A stretch of 64,000 nt of DNA. Source: an uncultured Gammaproteobacteria bacterium (GTDB lineage: Bacteria; Patescibacteriota; Microgenomatia; UBA1406). The stretch is from assembly GCA_964414145.1 (NCBI GenBank), contig CAYPVH010000001.1, positions 82,816 to 146,815 of the forward strand, given 5' to 3'. The translations under genes were made by a program, and so were the position numbers. Positions 8,479 to 18,593 of the stretch are shown here, piece by piece (the first letter of the stretch is position 1; each line of letters opens with the position of its first letter). Below the pieces are notes generated by a model that ran no database searches, was not told the origin of the DNA, and saw only the letters and a program-made list of their open reading frames with translations.

Positions 8479-9261
8479 ATGGAAAAGGAAAGTTCAAATA
8501 CTTCAAGTTCTAGTCCTCAGGCCCTTCCTCAAAACACTCCTCCAATCAAAGAAATCCAAAGCAAAAAATCCCGTTTAACAGTTTTGCTCATTGCTCTTGT
8601 CCTTCTTTTTCTTAGCACTACCGTTTATTTCGCCTACCAAAGCTTTCAAATCAAAAAAGGGCAGAGCACTCTGGAACAGAATGCCACCAGCCCAACATTA
8701 TCCCAGGCACCAACTGTTCCTATCTCACCCCAACCGCAGAAAAAAAAGCAAACAAAAGAATCAGCTAATCTTAAAGAATATATAGACAAAAACGATGAAT
8801 ATAAATTTAGCTATCCTGATGATTGGGTTGTTGTAGACACTATCCCAGAAAAATTTAAATATAAAAAAACCTATGTAGATAATAACAACTTAGAAGAATG
8901 GTTAAGTGGAAAAATGATGATGGAAACTTGCCGTGGCCCCATTCTTCAAAATACTGCAGACAGTAACCAGCTTATTGCTATCGAAATCGTCGATTCCAAT
9001 GGAGACGGTGGGTTCTGCTGGTCGACAGGGTATTTTATGGACGAGCATAAATGGAAGGTTTCCAAGGGCTATATTTACCCAATCGGGAGCAATGTCCACC
9101 ATGAACCAGATTGGAGAGGGGATTATTTTAAAATGGAAATGGCAACCGAAAATTCCAAGTATATTGCCTTTGTAGCCCTAGCCAACTACGAAACTTTCGA
9201 ACTAAAAGGCGAATCAGCGTTTCAGACTATTATCTCTTCTTTTGAGTTTCTCAAAAAGTAA
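8479..9261 (+). CDS. hypothetical membrane-anchored extracytoplasmic protein
   Basis: 260 aa with one TM segment (LTVLLIALVLLFLSTTVYFAY) followed by a Pro/Gln-rich linker. Confidence 0.55.
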   Translation: MEKESSNTSSSSPQALPQNTPPIKEIQSKKSRLTVLLIALVLLFLSTTVYFAYQSFQIKKGQSTLEQNATSPTLSQAPTVPISPQPQKKKQTKESANLKEYIDKNDEYKFSYPDDWVVVDTIPEKFKYKKTYVDNNNLEEWLSGKMMMETCRGPILQNTADSNQLIAIEIVDSNGDGGFCWSTGYFMDEHKWKVSKGYIYPIGSNVHHEPDWRGDYFKMEMATENSKYIAFVALANYETFELKGESAFQTIISSFEFLKK

Positions 9262-9601
9262 ATTTTGGCTTTGCTTTGAGTAGGCTTATAAACAAAAATA
9301 GCGAAAAGACAATATAAGCCATATCTATCCAGCCTACTTGGTCAAATATAGAGGCCACTATACCCGCTCCAACCAGGCATAGTGCTCCCCACCAAGCCCA
9401 CGCTTTCTTTTTTCCAACAAAGTGAGCCAATATAAATACTGCCAAAGAGTATCCTGTACCAAGAATAGAATACAAATATCGGAAAGGGGAGTCGCGAAAA
9501 AACCAGATAATGGCAAAAGCTAGCCAAAAAAAGGCAAATACATACAGCCACCTTGTTAGCGCCTGCAGCTTCATTATAAAAACAGTATAACTTTTTACCA
9601 A
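9251..9601 (-). CDS. small membrane protein
   Basis: 116 aa with 4 hydrophobic segments. Confidence 0.45.
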   Translation of the reverse strand: MVKSYTVFIMKLQALTRWLYVFAFFWLAFAIIWFFRDSPFRYLYSILGTGYSLAVFILAHFVGKKKAWAWWGALCLVGAGIVASIFDQVGWIDMAYIVFSLFLFISLLKAKPKFTF

Positions 9602-9618
9602 AATACAAGGGTTGGTAA

Positions 9619-10134
9619 TTATTTTTTCAGCGCCTTTTTCAATATTTCTTGAATAATTTCTCTTTTAGCACTCATATACGAAAAAACATCTTGCTTCCCC
9701 TCGTTTACCGCTTTCTCTTTTACATCTGCATATTTTTTTGCCTCTTCTGGATTACTTCGAAGAAAGTTTCTAAAAGCCATTGCTTGTTTAAAGTCCTCTG
9801 CTTCAAAATGGTTTAAATGAATATGGTACTTTCTTGTTTTATCAATAGGGTCGGGTAGGTCAGTACTAAAAAAGGGGTGTCCGGTTATTTTGGTTCCTCG
9901 TGGTTTGTATTCATATCCTGCTCGTTCTATTTCTTGAGATATTTTTTTTAGATTTTGCTTTAAAGCTACAATAAAAATATCTATTACTCCTTTTCCTCCC
10001 AAGCCAGGAACGGCAGTACTACCGCAGTGTTCTATTTTATAAACTCCAGACAAATAATTAGATAGTCGTTCTTTCTCTTTCTTAAAAAGCTCGGGAAAAA
10101 TCGGGTTATATGTTTTGAAAACGTATTTACTCAT
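9619..10134 (-). CDS. GrpB (UPF0157) family protein
   Basis: EHCGSTAVPGLGGKGVIDI and HIHL motifs typical of GrpB nucleotidyltransferase-fold proteins. Confidence 0.8.
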   Translation of the reverse strand: MSKYVFKTYNPIFPELFKKEKERLSNYLSGVYKIEHCGSTAVPGLGGKGVIDIFIVALKQNLKKISQEIERAGYEYKPRGTKITGHPFFSTDLPDPIDKTRKYHIHLNHFEAEDFKQAMAFRNFLRSNPEEAKKYADVKEKAVNEGKQDVFSYMSAKREIIQEILKKALKK

Positions 10135-10176
10135 AAGTTAAATATAACCAAAATTTCTCGGCTTCAATCGGACTGC

Positions 10177-11253
10177 TTAAGCATGAATAATTTTTAGTAA
10201 ATTAACGTTTGCATATAAATGATATTTTCCAACTTTTTTACTCTTTAAAAAATCTGCTTTTTCAAGAGCTTCTAAATATCTGCTTGCAGTTGTGTAATGT
10301 ATTCCCAGCTCATTCGATAATTTTACAGGTGAGATGATAGGGTAAGCAAAAAGCGCTTCAACCAAATCGGCAGAATAAATTTTTTTATTATTTGTTTTTA
10401 GTAGTTTTTTAGTACGGTAATAAAGACTCATTATTTTAAATACCATTTCTTTTGTCTCTTTTGCTTGCATGTAGAACCCTTTTATCATGAAAAATAAATA
10501 GTCATACCAATTATTTTTTTCGGTCACCTCTAGCAGCAATCGATAATAATCACTCTTTTTTTTATTGATATAACCACTGATATATAAGATAGGCAAGTTT
10601 AGAATTTGTTGTTGAACAAGATCTAATACCATTAGCATTCTTCCGACTCTTCCGTTTCCGTCTGAAAACGGATGAATTGCTTCAAATTGATAATGAGCAA
10701 TTGCACATCTAACTAAAGGGTCTGCTTTTAAATCTACATGACCATTCATAAATAATTCTAAATTACTCATATAATCAGGAATTTTTGCAGCTTCGGGTGG
10801 AGTATAAATAATAGTTCTTGTATGTGTATTTTCAATTCCATTCTGAGTTTTACGATAAACTCCCCCAATTCTTGGCGCAATAACTTTATGCATTGCTAGA
10901 ATAATCCGAGTCGAAAGGGAATATTTATTTAGTTTTTCCTGACCAAGTAGTATAGCATCCCTATACCTAAGTACTTCTTTATCAGGTATTTTTTGTTCTG
11001 CCTCTGGAAAAAGTTGATTCTCTAAAACTTCCACCATTGTAGTTTTAATATTTTCTACTTCCGAGCTTGCAAGTGATTCTTTAATTATTGCTGGAGATAG
11101 TAATAGAAGTTGATTTGGCATTGAAAAACTATATCCTTTTAGTTCACCAAGTTCTGATCTAGCTTTTATCAGTAGGTCTGTTATTGTTTCTGTTTTATAG
11201 TCTAATTTTGGAGGTAATTTTGCCAACATATGAGGCCTATTTGGGTTAAACAT
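10177..11253 (-). CDS. Fic family protein (AMPylase-type) with N-terminal inhibitory helix
   Basis: Fic motif HPFSDGNGRVGRM. SSEVEN matches the (S/T)xxxE(G/N) auto-inhibition motif. A wHTH-like C-terminus is present. Confidence 0.9.
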   Translation of the reverse strand: MFNPNRPHMLAKLPPKLDYKTETITDLLIKARSELGELKGYSFSMPNQLLLLSPAIIKESLASSEVENIKTTMVEVLENQLFPEAEQKIPDKEVLRYRDAILLGQEKLNKYSLSTRIILAMHKVIAPRIGGVYRKTQNGIENTHTRTIIYTPPEAAKIPDYMSNLELFMNGHVDLKADPLVRCAIAHYQFEAIHPFSDGNGRVGRMLMVLDLVQQQILNLPILYISGYINKKKSDYYRLLLEVTEKNNWYDYLFFMIKGFYMQAKETKEMVFKIMSLYYRTKKLLKTNNKKIYSADLVEALFAYPIISPVKLSNELGIHYTTASRYLEALEKADFLKSKKVGKYHLYANVNLLKIIHA

Positions 11254-11440
11254 AAAATTAATATATCATAATTATTCTAATTTTGCAATATATCAGTAGA
11301 ATCATGTTGCTCTATGTTATATAACACTTGTCATTGTTACAAATGCATAAATTCAATCTTGCATAAAACATTTGCCCTTTTTTCTTCAATAATAACGGTC
11401 GCTTTCATCCTTAGCTTTAAGCTAGTGATATAATTTTAGA

Positions 11441-11827
11441 ATGCTAGGCGTTGATCATGAACAGCACAGTCAGGCTTCTGAACTAGTAAAAAAACCAAAA
11501 TCATTCACCAATATCCCTATGGTTTCGGCAGAAGGCGCATATAACAACTATATGGCAGCCATACAAGAACCGTTACCAGAACAGCAAAAAATGTTTGACG
11601 TTTTCTTTGAAGCATTACAATTAGAAGCACAAGGGTTGGGTGAATTTAAGGATTTATGGCTCAATTACCAGTTAATCATTGCCTACATCAATTCAGGGCA
11701 ATGGGAATTTGCACTTCAAGCCATAGATGACGCTCTGCTTCTTGCAGCAAATTTAGGTAAGGGTGAAAGTATTTTTTCTAAACTTCTAGATCAAGTTTTA
11801 GCAAATATTGGAAATAGTGGAGAATAA
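11441..11827 (+). CDS. hypothetical protein, paralog of 38446-38976
   Basis: C-terminal block DLWLNYQLIIAYINSGQWEFALQAIDDALLLAANLGKGE aligns with the 38446 product. TGATATAAT lies 6 nt before the ATG. Confidence 0.55.
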   Translation: MLGVDHEQHSQASELVKKPKSFTNIPMVSAEGAYNNYMAAIQEPLPEQQKMFDVFFEALQLEAQGLGEFKDLWLNYQLIIAYINSGQWEFALQAIDDALLLAANLGKGESIFSKLLDQVLANIGNSGE

Positions 11828-11862
11828 TAGACCAACAATTACTGAATCTAAACTACTTAAGG

Positions 11863-12780
11863 TTACAGCGAACTAACAACAATTCCTATTATAATACTGG
11901 CTATACCCAGTAGCTGGGTTTTGCTTACTCTTTCCTTAAGTAAAAAATAAGCCAATACAATAGTTGGCAGCGTATATGAGTTGGCTATTAATGTAATTAA
12001 ACTGGTGGTATTGGTAGAAATTGAATAGCCCCAAGTAGTACCCAAATATGCAATAGCATCAAGAAGCGCAACAGGAATCAGTATTGCAATAACACCTTTG
12101 TAGCCACTTAGTAAATTCTTGTTTTTATTGGTAGCAAAAAAATACAAGCTTAACAGTATGCCAATTACCAGCTTCAGTGCTATCAACCAAAAAAGCCACT
12201 CCACGCCACCCACAAACCTGTCCCAAAGAGGAAACCAAAATCCAAGAATAATCAATGCGCCAATGGCTTCGGGAATCCCTTTTTTTAGGTTGCTTCTTGA
12301 AAAGCTCTTTTTTAAGTCATTAAAATCGGTTGAAGTAATTAAAATTCCTAAAAATATCAAAATTACACCAATCAATCCGGTACTGGAAAGGCTTTCTTTA
12401 AACAGGAAAACGGCAACAAGAACAGAAAAGCCGGCTGCGCTTGAAGCAATCGGGCTAACAATAGACATCACTCCTTTTTGAAAAGCACGGTATAAAAGTA
12501 AGTAGCCCGCGCCGTCGAGCGCCGCTAAAGCTACCAAATAAACAAGCGCAACTGAAGTTATGGTTGGAATAGGTGAGCCGGTAAATAGAAAATAGATAAG
12601 CAGGGCAATGCCCCCAATAATTTGCGAGCCGATCAGTGTTTTTAAGTCACCTATTTTATCTATTGTTTTCTTGGCAAAAAAGTCTGAAATGCCCCAACCA
12701 AGCATTCCCGACAACCCAGCTATAATGGCAATCATAATGTTATTCATGATAATTCTACAAATACTATACCAACTTAGCAC
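11863..12780 (-). CDS. EamA/DMT family transporter
   Basis: About 10 TM segments in two EamA-like halves. The start is uncertain (GTG 12780 or ATG 12747). Confidence 0.75.
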   Translation of the reverse strand: MLSWYSICRIIMNNIMIAIIAGLSGMLGWGISDFFAKKTIDKIGDLKTLIGSQIIGGIALLIYFLFTGSPIPTITSVALVYLVALAALDGAGYLLLYRAFQKGVMSIVSPIASSAAGFSVLVAVFLFKESLSSTGLIGVILIFLGILITSTDFNDLKKSFSRSNLKKGIPEAIGALIILGFWFPLWDRFVGGVEWLFWLIALKLVIGILLSLYFFATNKNKNLLSGYKGVIAILIPVALLDAIAYLGTTWGYSISTNTTSLITLIANSYTLPTIVLAYFLLKERVSKTQLLGIASIIIGIVVSSL

Positions 12781-12839
12781 CCAAAAAGCATATAAGCATA
12801 CAATAATTTATTCATTGTTTTGCAGTTTGGCTTAGCATA

Positions 12840-13115
12840 CTAACCTATCTTATCCCAATATTCTTCTGCCTCCTTTTCCATTTTTTCCAGCCTGGTATAG
12901 TAGTCGGGAAACTCATTAAGGTGGGCGAGGGCAATCTTGCCGGTTGTGAGTGGGTCGTCGTTGCTCACATTAGTATGTGGGTCAACCAGTCCATGTTCAA
13001 GCTCTACATCCATCCCAGCCCGAAATTGCTCCACATCATATTTATCCCATTTTATCCCTAGTTTCTCGCCTATTTCTTTTGCTTCTTCCGTTGTGAAATG
13101 TTTTTTTGTACTCAA
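12840..13115 (-). CDS. conserved small protein (ELEHG / AHLNEFPDYY motifs, DUF5661-like)
   Basis: 91 aa. The family name comes from memory of the ELEHG...AHL.E.PDYY signature. Confidence 0.5.
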   Translation of the reverse strand: MSTKKHFTTEEAKEIGEKLGIKWDKYDVEQFRAGMDVELEHGLVDPHTNVSNDDPLTTGKIALAHLNEFPDYYTRLEKMEKEAEEYWDKIG

Positions 13116-13182
13116 AATATACTCATCTCCTTTTTATCTATTCTATCTTATTAATATCTTACAGATCGAGGTTGTTACTTGT

Positions 13183-14022
13183 TCATTTTACATTAAAAAC
13201 AATATCGGCTAAAGCCTGGTGGTTCAATAAAAATCGGTATCTATATTCCCCAGCGGCCAAGTTGAGCATTCCCGGCTCCTCCCCAAAATCATCGCAATTA
13301 ATGTTGGGTTTTGCACGAACATTAAAAACAATCTGCTTACCTAAGTTAACAGCTTCTTTCGTTTGAGAATTAATAATTTCAATATCTACAAAGGCTAACT
13401 CTTTTTTAGGCACCACCACCATACAAAATTTATCTTTATCTTTCAAAAATGTATCGGTCTTTTTTACTTCTGCCATTTCTTCGCCATATCCTCTGGGGAT
13501 TTTGCCCAAATACAACTCATGCACATATTCATCCTTATCAAGAATTAGTGAGTCCAAGTCTTGTGGCCCCTTATATACAGACTTACTGGTATCAATTTCT
13601 TTATTTATCGCCACTATCTCGGCCAACACCATGTCTTGCAGCCTTTCATTAGGTCTCTCATTCGAAATTTTATATATAACCGGATCAAGGGGAAGAATAT
13701 GGCGAATTATCCCCAAATGATAATCTTCATTTTTCCCAAAAAGCACTACCGTCCCTGCAGACAAGTCTTCCTCCCTAAAACAACGGTTGAGTACTAGATT
13801 GGTACCCGAAGAAATTACTGGCGCCATAGAGTCTCCGGCAACTTTTATAGAATAATTGCAAATATACTTGTCAAGAAGTTGTGTTTTACCAATAAGGGAG
13901 GATAATTTTCCCAGGGGTACTTGGCCAATCCACAAAGGAAAAGAGAAGAGTAAAATCAAAAATACAAAAACAAGATATTTAAGTAGTTTCCCAACAACCT
14001 TCATTAATATTATTTTACACAA
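13183..14022 (-). CDS. membrane-anchored S24/S26 (signal-peptidase/LexA-like) peptidase-domain protein
   Basis: N-terminal TM segment followed by VAGDSMAPVISSGTNLVL (the GDSM.P serine motif). Confidence 0.5.
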   Translation of the reverse strand: MCKIILMKVVGKLLKYLVFVFLILLFSFPLWIGQVPLGKLSSLIGKTQLLDKYICNYSIKVAGDSMAPVISSGTNLVLNRCFREEDLSAGTVVLFGKNEDYHLGIIRHILPLDPVIYKISNERPNERLQDMVLAEIVAINKEIDTSKSVYKGPQDLDSLILDKDEYVHELYLGKIPRGYGEEMAEVKKTDTFLKDKDKFCMVVVPKKELAFVDIEIINSQTKEAVNLGKQIVFNVRAKPNINCDDFGEEPGMLNLAAGEYRYRFLLNHQALADIVFNVK

Positions 14023-14044
14023 ACAGATATTTCATTGAGAATAA

Positions 14045-14227
14045 TTACTTTAAAATAAAAAGCACAAATACCAAGATTACTAATCCCAATACTCCGCCAG
14101 CTAATAGGGCTAATCTTTTCTGCCTGTCTCCTGTAGACATTTTATCCCAAGATTGCTGTTCTTTGTTTATTAGCGGAATTAATGCAGTTATTAATATAAT
14201 AGGGAAGAGCCAAAAAGGAAACTTCAT
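14045..14227 (-). CDS. small two-TM membrane protein
   Basis: 60-aa ORF with two hydrophobic segments. Confidence 0.35.
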   Translation of the reverse strand: MKFPFWLFPIILITALIPLINKEQQSWDKMSTGDRQKRLALLAGGVLGLVILVFVLFILK

Positions 14228-14297
14228 CGTCTATGGCTAAGCTTATTTGTAGAGCTACTCCAATATCTCCTTGCAAGTCTCAACATATACAATGCCA

Positions 14298-14589
14298 AAA
14301 AATATTCAGCTTAATCTGATAAACTTTGCCTTATGACACTACTTGCAAGTTTAGCAACAGTAACGGGTGTGTTTTTAGGCTTAGGCAGTCTTCCTCAGGC
14401 AATTAAAATATACCGGACAAAAAGCGCTATAGACATTGCTCCTTTGTCATATGTAATCATGATTTTGGGGTCATCAATCTGGATTTTGTATGGGCTAGAA
14501 CTAAAAAGCTTGCCTATTGTAATTCCTAATGTATTAGGAGTTATTCTTGGATCAGTAATACTTATCGGTTGGCTAAAATACGGAAAACC
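14298..14589 (+). repeat. 292-bp direct repeat copy A (promoter plus SemiSWEET gene)
   Basis: Aligns base-for-base with 20321-20612. 77 nt are identical (14496-14572 = 20519-20595); the rest is about 85-90% identical by eye. Confidence 0.85.
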
Positions 14590-14611
14590 AGTAAAAAAAC
14601 ATCATAATTGA
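14333..14611 (+). CDS. SemiSWEET (PQ-loop) sugar transporter
   Basis: 92 aa, 3 TM segments, PQ motif LPQAIKIYRTKS. Confidence 0.8.
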   Translation: MTLLASLATVTGVFLGLGSLPQAIKIYRTKSAIDIAPLSYVIMILGSSIWILYGLELKSLPIVIPNVLGVILGSVILIGWLKYGKPVKKHHN

Positions 14612-14727
14612 ATATTCTAAATGGCTCACCACAGCTAATTTAAGATGAAACTAATCCAATAATTCACTATAATATGCTTATTTAATAGGCCTATATCAAA
14701 TTTTAGTAAGTATATTATTACACTAAT

Positions 14728-17700
14728 GTGAATAAAACTATAAAACTCATTATCCTCACTCTTCTTATTTCCCTCATTGCATTTCTTTCTTTCTCAAAGC
14801 CTGCCCAAGCCGAAGTCCAGTCGAAAGACCTGTGCTACTCCCAATGCGCCGCCTATAAATTTGTCTGGCAAGGAGACTATTGTTGGGATACCTTTCAGCA
14901 GCAATGCTCTTCTGGCAGTGGTAAAACTTTGCAGGATACAATTAAGTTCTTAAAATCCATTTATAGCGTCATCAAAAGTGGTAAGAATGTAGACACCGTT
15001 TTCAAGGCCTGGTTTGTATGCAAACCGCTTATAGAAAATTGTATTGCCCCTCAGCTCAACCAATGCCAGCAAACTTGCCAGGTTGATCAATATTTCTATG
15101 CCCCCGATCTGTCGGTTGGCCATCCAGATAGTCGGTTTCACGGAGTTGTATACAACCAAAACACACATGAGTTAAACTTTAAATTGGTCAACAATGGCCG
15201 CGGTTATGCTTGGAATATCGACGTTGCAGCATCCTATGGCCATACTCCAAACCGAAATGGCAGTATTCAGACAGGTCAGCAATTATTCCAAGAACAAGTT
15301 GAGCATTTAATCTACTTAGGCGCCCGCAATGGCCCGCCCAAAACATTAACCGATCACATCACCGATTTTCTTATAGAAGAAAGCAATTTTTCAAGTTGGC
15401 TTCAGGACCTTAAGTCTGATGCCAATAACTACAATGTCCCTGTTTACTGGGTAAAGACCATTCCTTTTATTCCGATTGACGGCGAACTCAATCGGATCAT
15501 TTTCAATGTTGATCCCAGCCAACTCATACCTGAGTCAAATGAGAATAATAATACCTATGTACTAGATATCGATCTTAGACCCACACCGGCAAAGTTTATG
15601 ATTAACAGCGTATCGCAACAGTTAATTGATCAAACTCTAAATTCGTTTGCAGTAGATTTTACAGTTAAAAACACTGGGGAAGAAAGTGGCAATGCTACTG
15701 CCAAAATCTACGAAGGAAAGTATCAAAACGGCAAAACGCCCATATATGAATCAACCCAAACTGTTGCCGGACTCAGCCAGGTAGATTTCACTGCCACCAT
15801 AGATATCAATTTAGCAGATGAACTCAGTGCCTACTGCGGTAAGCGCAAAAAATACACAATCGTTATCTCCGATCAGAATAATGAGTCAAGTAGTAGGGAA
15901 TTAACTCTACCCCTATACATTGGTTCAGTCCGGGGTCATGTAGCAGATCTGTTTGGCCATAGAGTGAAAGGAGCTACTATCAAAGCAAGTACTGGTCAAC
16001 AAACCACTACTAACAGTTTCGGCAACTATTACCTCACAGGTATCTCTTCTCCTGGCAGAATCAGTATTACTGCTTCTAAGCCAGAATTTTCACAACCCGA
16101 TTCACAGACTTTAGACTTTAAATATGTCGATGAATTCCAGGCCTGTAATACAGGTAATCTAACTTTTGGTAGTATTAATTTTGTACTAAAAGATCAAGAC
16201 GTGCTATTCACTGCCACAATCACTGATCCATCAGGTAATCCGATTAATGCTCATTTGATCGCCGCTAACCAGTTATTTCGTACTGAAGCAGATATTGCAG
16301 GCAGTGGTCCACTGAACGAACTACAGCCTGGCCAGTATGTTTTTACCATTACTGCCCCTAGCTACAAAACCATCAGCCAAGATATAAACGCCGTACCCAA
16401 CAATCAGGATCTAAAATTTATACTAGAACCATTAAACGGCCGATCCGATGACACTTCACTTGTTATTACAGAACCACAGCTCTTATGGGAAATGGATCGT
16501 GGCTCAGAAATATATAGCGATATGAGAGCTACCAAAGACGGAAACACAGTTATTATCTACACTACTCAAAATCAACCGAATACTGGTAAGCTCTATTTCC
16601 TAGACAGTCTCACAGGCGCACAGCGAGCTGTTGTTGCAACTATTGCCAATAGTGGTGAATCGCGCTCAGCAATCGATACTTCTTACGACGGCAATACCAC
16701 CGCTCTTTGCTCCAATGATGGTAAATTAAGTGGCCGAGACAGAGGGCACAACTGGCTAAAGCTTTTTTCTGCCGCTGGTGAATTATTTGGCGAACTGGAG
16801 TTTAATAACTCTCTCAGTACCGAGCGCTGCGAAGTTTCACCAGACGGCTTTTTTATCCTGCCGAATGGTCTAACCAATAAAGGCCTCCATGTCTACACCG
16901 ATTGGGAGGTGCTGGGCCACAAAAACAATGAAAGTCGTGTCAGCTATGGTTCATATCGGGGCACCATCTTTACACCGGTAAATACAATTCTAGCTGGCTG
17001 TCCCGAAGGTGGCGGTCTTTGCACCCAAACTATCAATAAAACAGTTGTCAATCAGTTAGGTAATGTAAGCGGCGCTCCGGTTTTTTCCGATAGTAGTCAA
17101 AATGGGGCAGTCATCACCACTATCACCGGAAACAAAGTTTATATGATTGGTGCCGGAGGCATTCTCTGGGAAAAAGAGGTACAAACCAAAAAAAATAGTT
17201 TATCCACCGCTGTCTCTCCTGGCGGCAACTTTGTTATCTACTCCACCTATACTCCCACTTCTCACCGTACCATCAAAATTTATACCGCCGACAATCTCGA
17301 TCAAACCCCATCCAATGTACCGGTTAATACAAATGCTGATGTGATTTATGTTAGCGCTAACGACCGTGGATTGTTCTACATGGTAGCCAACGGCAAAAAA
17401 CTACAATACTACCAAGTGGGCCATTATGAGACTGAGTATTTACCAGAAACAACAAACACAATAAATGAAGAGTGGACAACTGGGTTATCGGCGCTAGGCT
17501 GGGCTGAGCGATTTTCTCCCATTGGCAACAAGCGTTTCGCCGACCTCAACACTGGTACTATCTACCGTGCCGACAGAAATATACAGTTAGCAATTATTCT
17601 TCCCTTTACCCAAACATCTCTCGGCACATTAACTATCACTCAAGGCACCTTATTTTCTGTTAACAACCAGCATCAGCCAGTACTGCTTAAAGGCCAACTC

Positions 17701-18261
17701 ACAGCCAACTTTGGCTCACCGGCTACTGTTTATGCCATCAAGTTTGATAAATATAATTTAGGAGAATTTCAAATTAAACTAAATGAATTCATTCATGGTC
17801 TGCTGGCAGTCGATGAATATTTTGTAATTAATAATATTCATACTCAATTTGGAATCACAAATAAATCAAACAAGGTTGAAGTATTTGTTTCCGACGGTAC
17901 TGTTAGCGTTTTAGTTAATAATCAAAAAAAGCTTATCGAATCCGGCCGCAAAATTACTATCAACGCCGCTAATCAAATTCATGAATCTCGCTACTTAAGT
18001 GTCCAGCAAAAAGCCATTCTCATTGGTATATTAATTGCAGCTACCGGCATTATCTTATTTGTCTTTCGTAAAACTGCTATCGTAAAAAAGATACACGCCA
18101 TATCCCTTTTCATCGGCAAAAATATATTAAAACTGTGCAGACAACTCTGTTTGGGAATTTATCAAACTGCCAAGATTGTTTTCCCCTGGGCCGGGAGAAA
18201 ACTCAAAACCTTGTTATTATTAATTATTAAAAATATTAAATCTAAAAAAGGAGGTAAATAA
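14728..18261 (+). CDS. giant secreted/anchored surface protein (CARDB-like, carboxypeptidase-regulatory-like and beta-propeller-like regions)
   Basis: 1177 aa. Signal peptide ends AQA-EV. ESNENNNTY matches a CARDB-like signature and VRGHVADLFGHRVKGATI...NYYL matches CarboxypepD_reg. C-terminal TM segment AILIGILIAATGIILFVF. Confidence 0.8.
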   Translation: MNKTIKLIILTLLISLIAFLSFSKPAQAEVQSKDLCYSQCAAYKFVWQGDYCWDTFQQQCSSGSGKTLQDTIKFLKSIYSVIKSGKNVDTVFKAWFVCKPLIENCIAPQLNQCQQTCQVDQYFYAPDLSVGHPDSRFHGVVYNQNTHELNFKLVNNGRGYAWNIDVAASYGHTPNRNGSIQTGQQLFQEQVEHLIYLGARNGPPKTLTDHITDFLIEESNFSSWLQDLKSDANNYNVPVYWVKTIPFIPIDGELNRIIFNVDPSQLIPESNENNNTYVLDIDLRPTPAKFMINSVSQQLIDQTLNSFAVDFTVKNTGEESGNATAKIYEGKYQNGKTPIYESTQTVAGLSQVDFTATIDINLADELSAYCGKRKKYTIVISDQNNESSSRELTLPLYIGSVRGHVADLFGHRVKGATIKASTGQQTTTNSFGNYYLTGISSPGRISITASKPEFSQPDSQTLDFKYVDEFQACNTGNLTFGSINFVLKDQDVLFTATITDPSGNPINAHLIAANQLFRTEADIAGSGPLNELQPGQYVFTITAPSYKTISQDINAVPNNQDLKFILEPLNGRSDDTSLVITEPQLLWEMDRGSEIYSDMRATKDGNTVIIYTTQNQPNTGKLYFLDSLTGAQRAVVATIANSGESRSAIDTSYDGNTTALCSNDGKLSGRDRGHNWLKLFSAAGELFGELEFNNSLSTERCEVSPDGFFILPNGLTNKGLHVYTDWEVLGHKNNESRVSYGSYRGTIFTPVNTILAGCPEGGGLCTQTINKTVVNQLGNVSGAPVFSDSSQNGAVITTITGNKVYMIGAGGILWEKEVQTKKNSLSTAVSPGGNFVIYSTYTPTSHRTIKIYTADNLDQTPSNVPVNTNADVIYVSANDRGLFYMVANGKKLQYYQVGHYETEYLPETTNTINEEWTTGLSALGWAERFSPIGNKRFADLNTGTIYRADRNIQLAIILPFTQTSLGTLTITQGTLFSVNNQHQPVLLKGQLTANFGSPATVYAIKFDKYNLGEFQIKLNEFIHGLLAVDEYFVINNIHTQFGITNKSNKVEVFVSDGTVSVLVNNQKKLIESGRKITINAANQIHESRYLSVQQKAILIGILIAATGIILFVFRKTAIVKKIHAISLFIGKNILKLCRQLCLGIYQTAKIVFPWAGRKLKTLLLLIIKNIKSKKGGK

Positions 18262-18263
18262 TT

Positions 18264-18593
18264 ATGCAACCAGAACAAGCAGTGATCTTTGCGCCTATCA
18301 TTATTTTCTTTTTGATTTTCATAAGTTTGATTATTGGTTTTTTGTTAGTAGTAGTTAAGTTGGTATTGAAAGCAAAAAAATCAGCCTGGCAGGGAATAGT
18401 AGTCGACAAAATCTATAAATCCAACAGAGATTTTGACACCAACTATATAAAACATTACTACACCATCGTATTTGAAGTCGCTAAAGGCAAAACTATCAAA
18501 GTAGGTGTTGACAAGAAAACATATGACAACTATCAAATCGGTGATAAAGCCGAAAAAAAATCTGGTGAACTGTGGCCCAAAAAAATCAGCTAA
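18264..18593 (+). CDS. small single-TM protein
   Basis: 109 aa, translationally coupled to the giant protein by a 2-nt gap. Confidence 0.5.
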   Translation: MQPEQAVIFAPIIIFFLIFISLIIGFLLVVVKLVLKAKKSAWQGIVVDKIYKSNRDFDTNYIKHYYTIVFEVAKGKTIKVGVDKKTYDNYQIGDKAEKKSGELWPKKIS

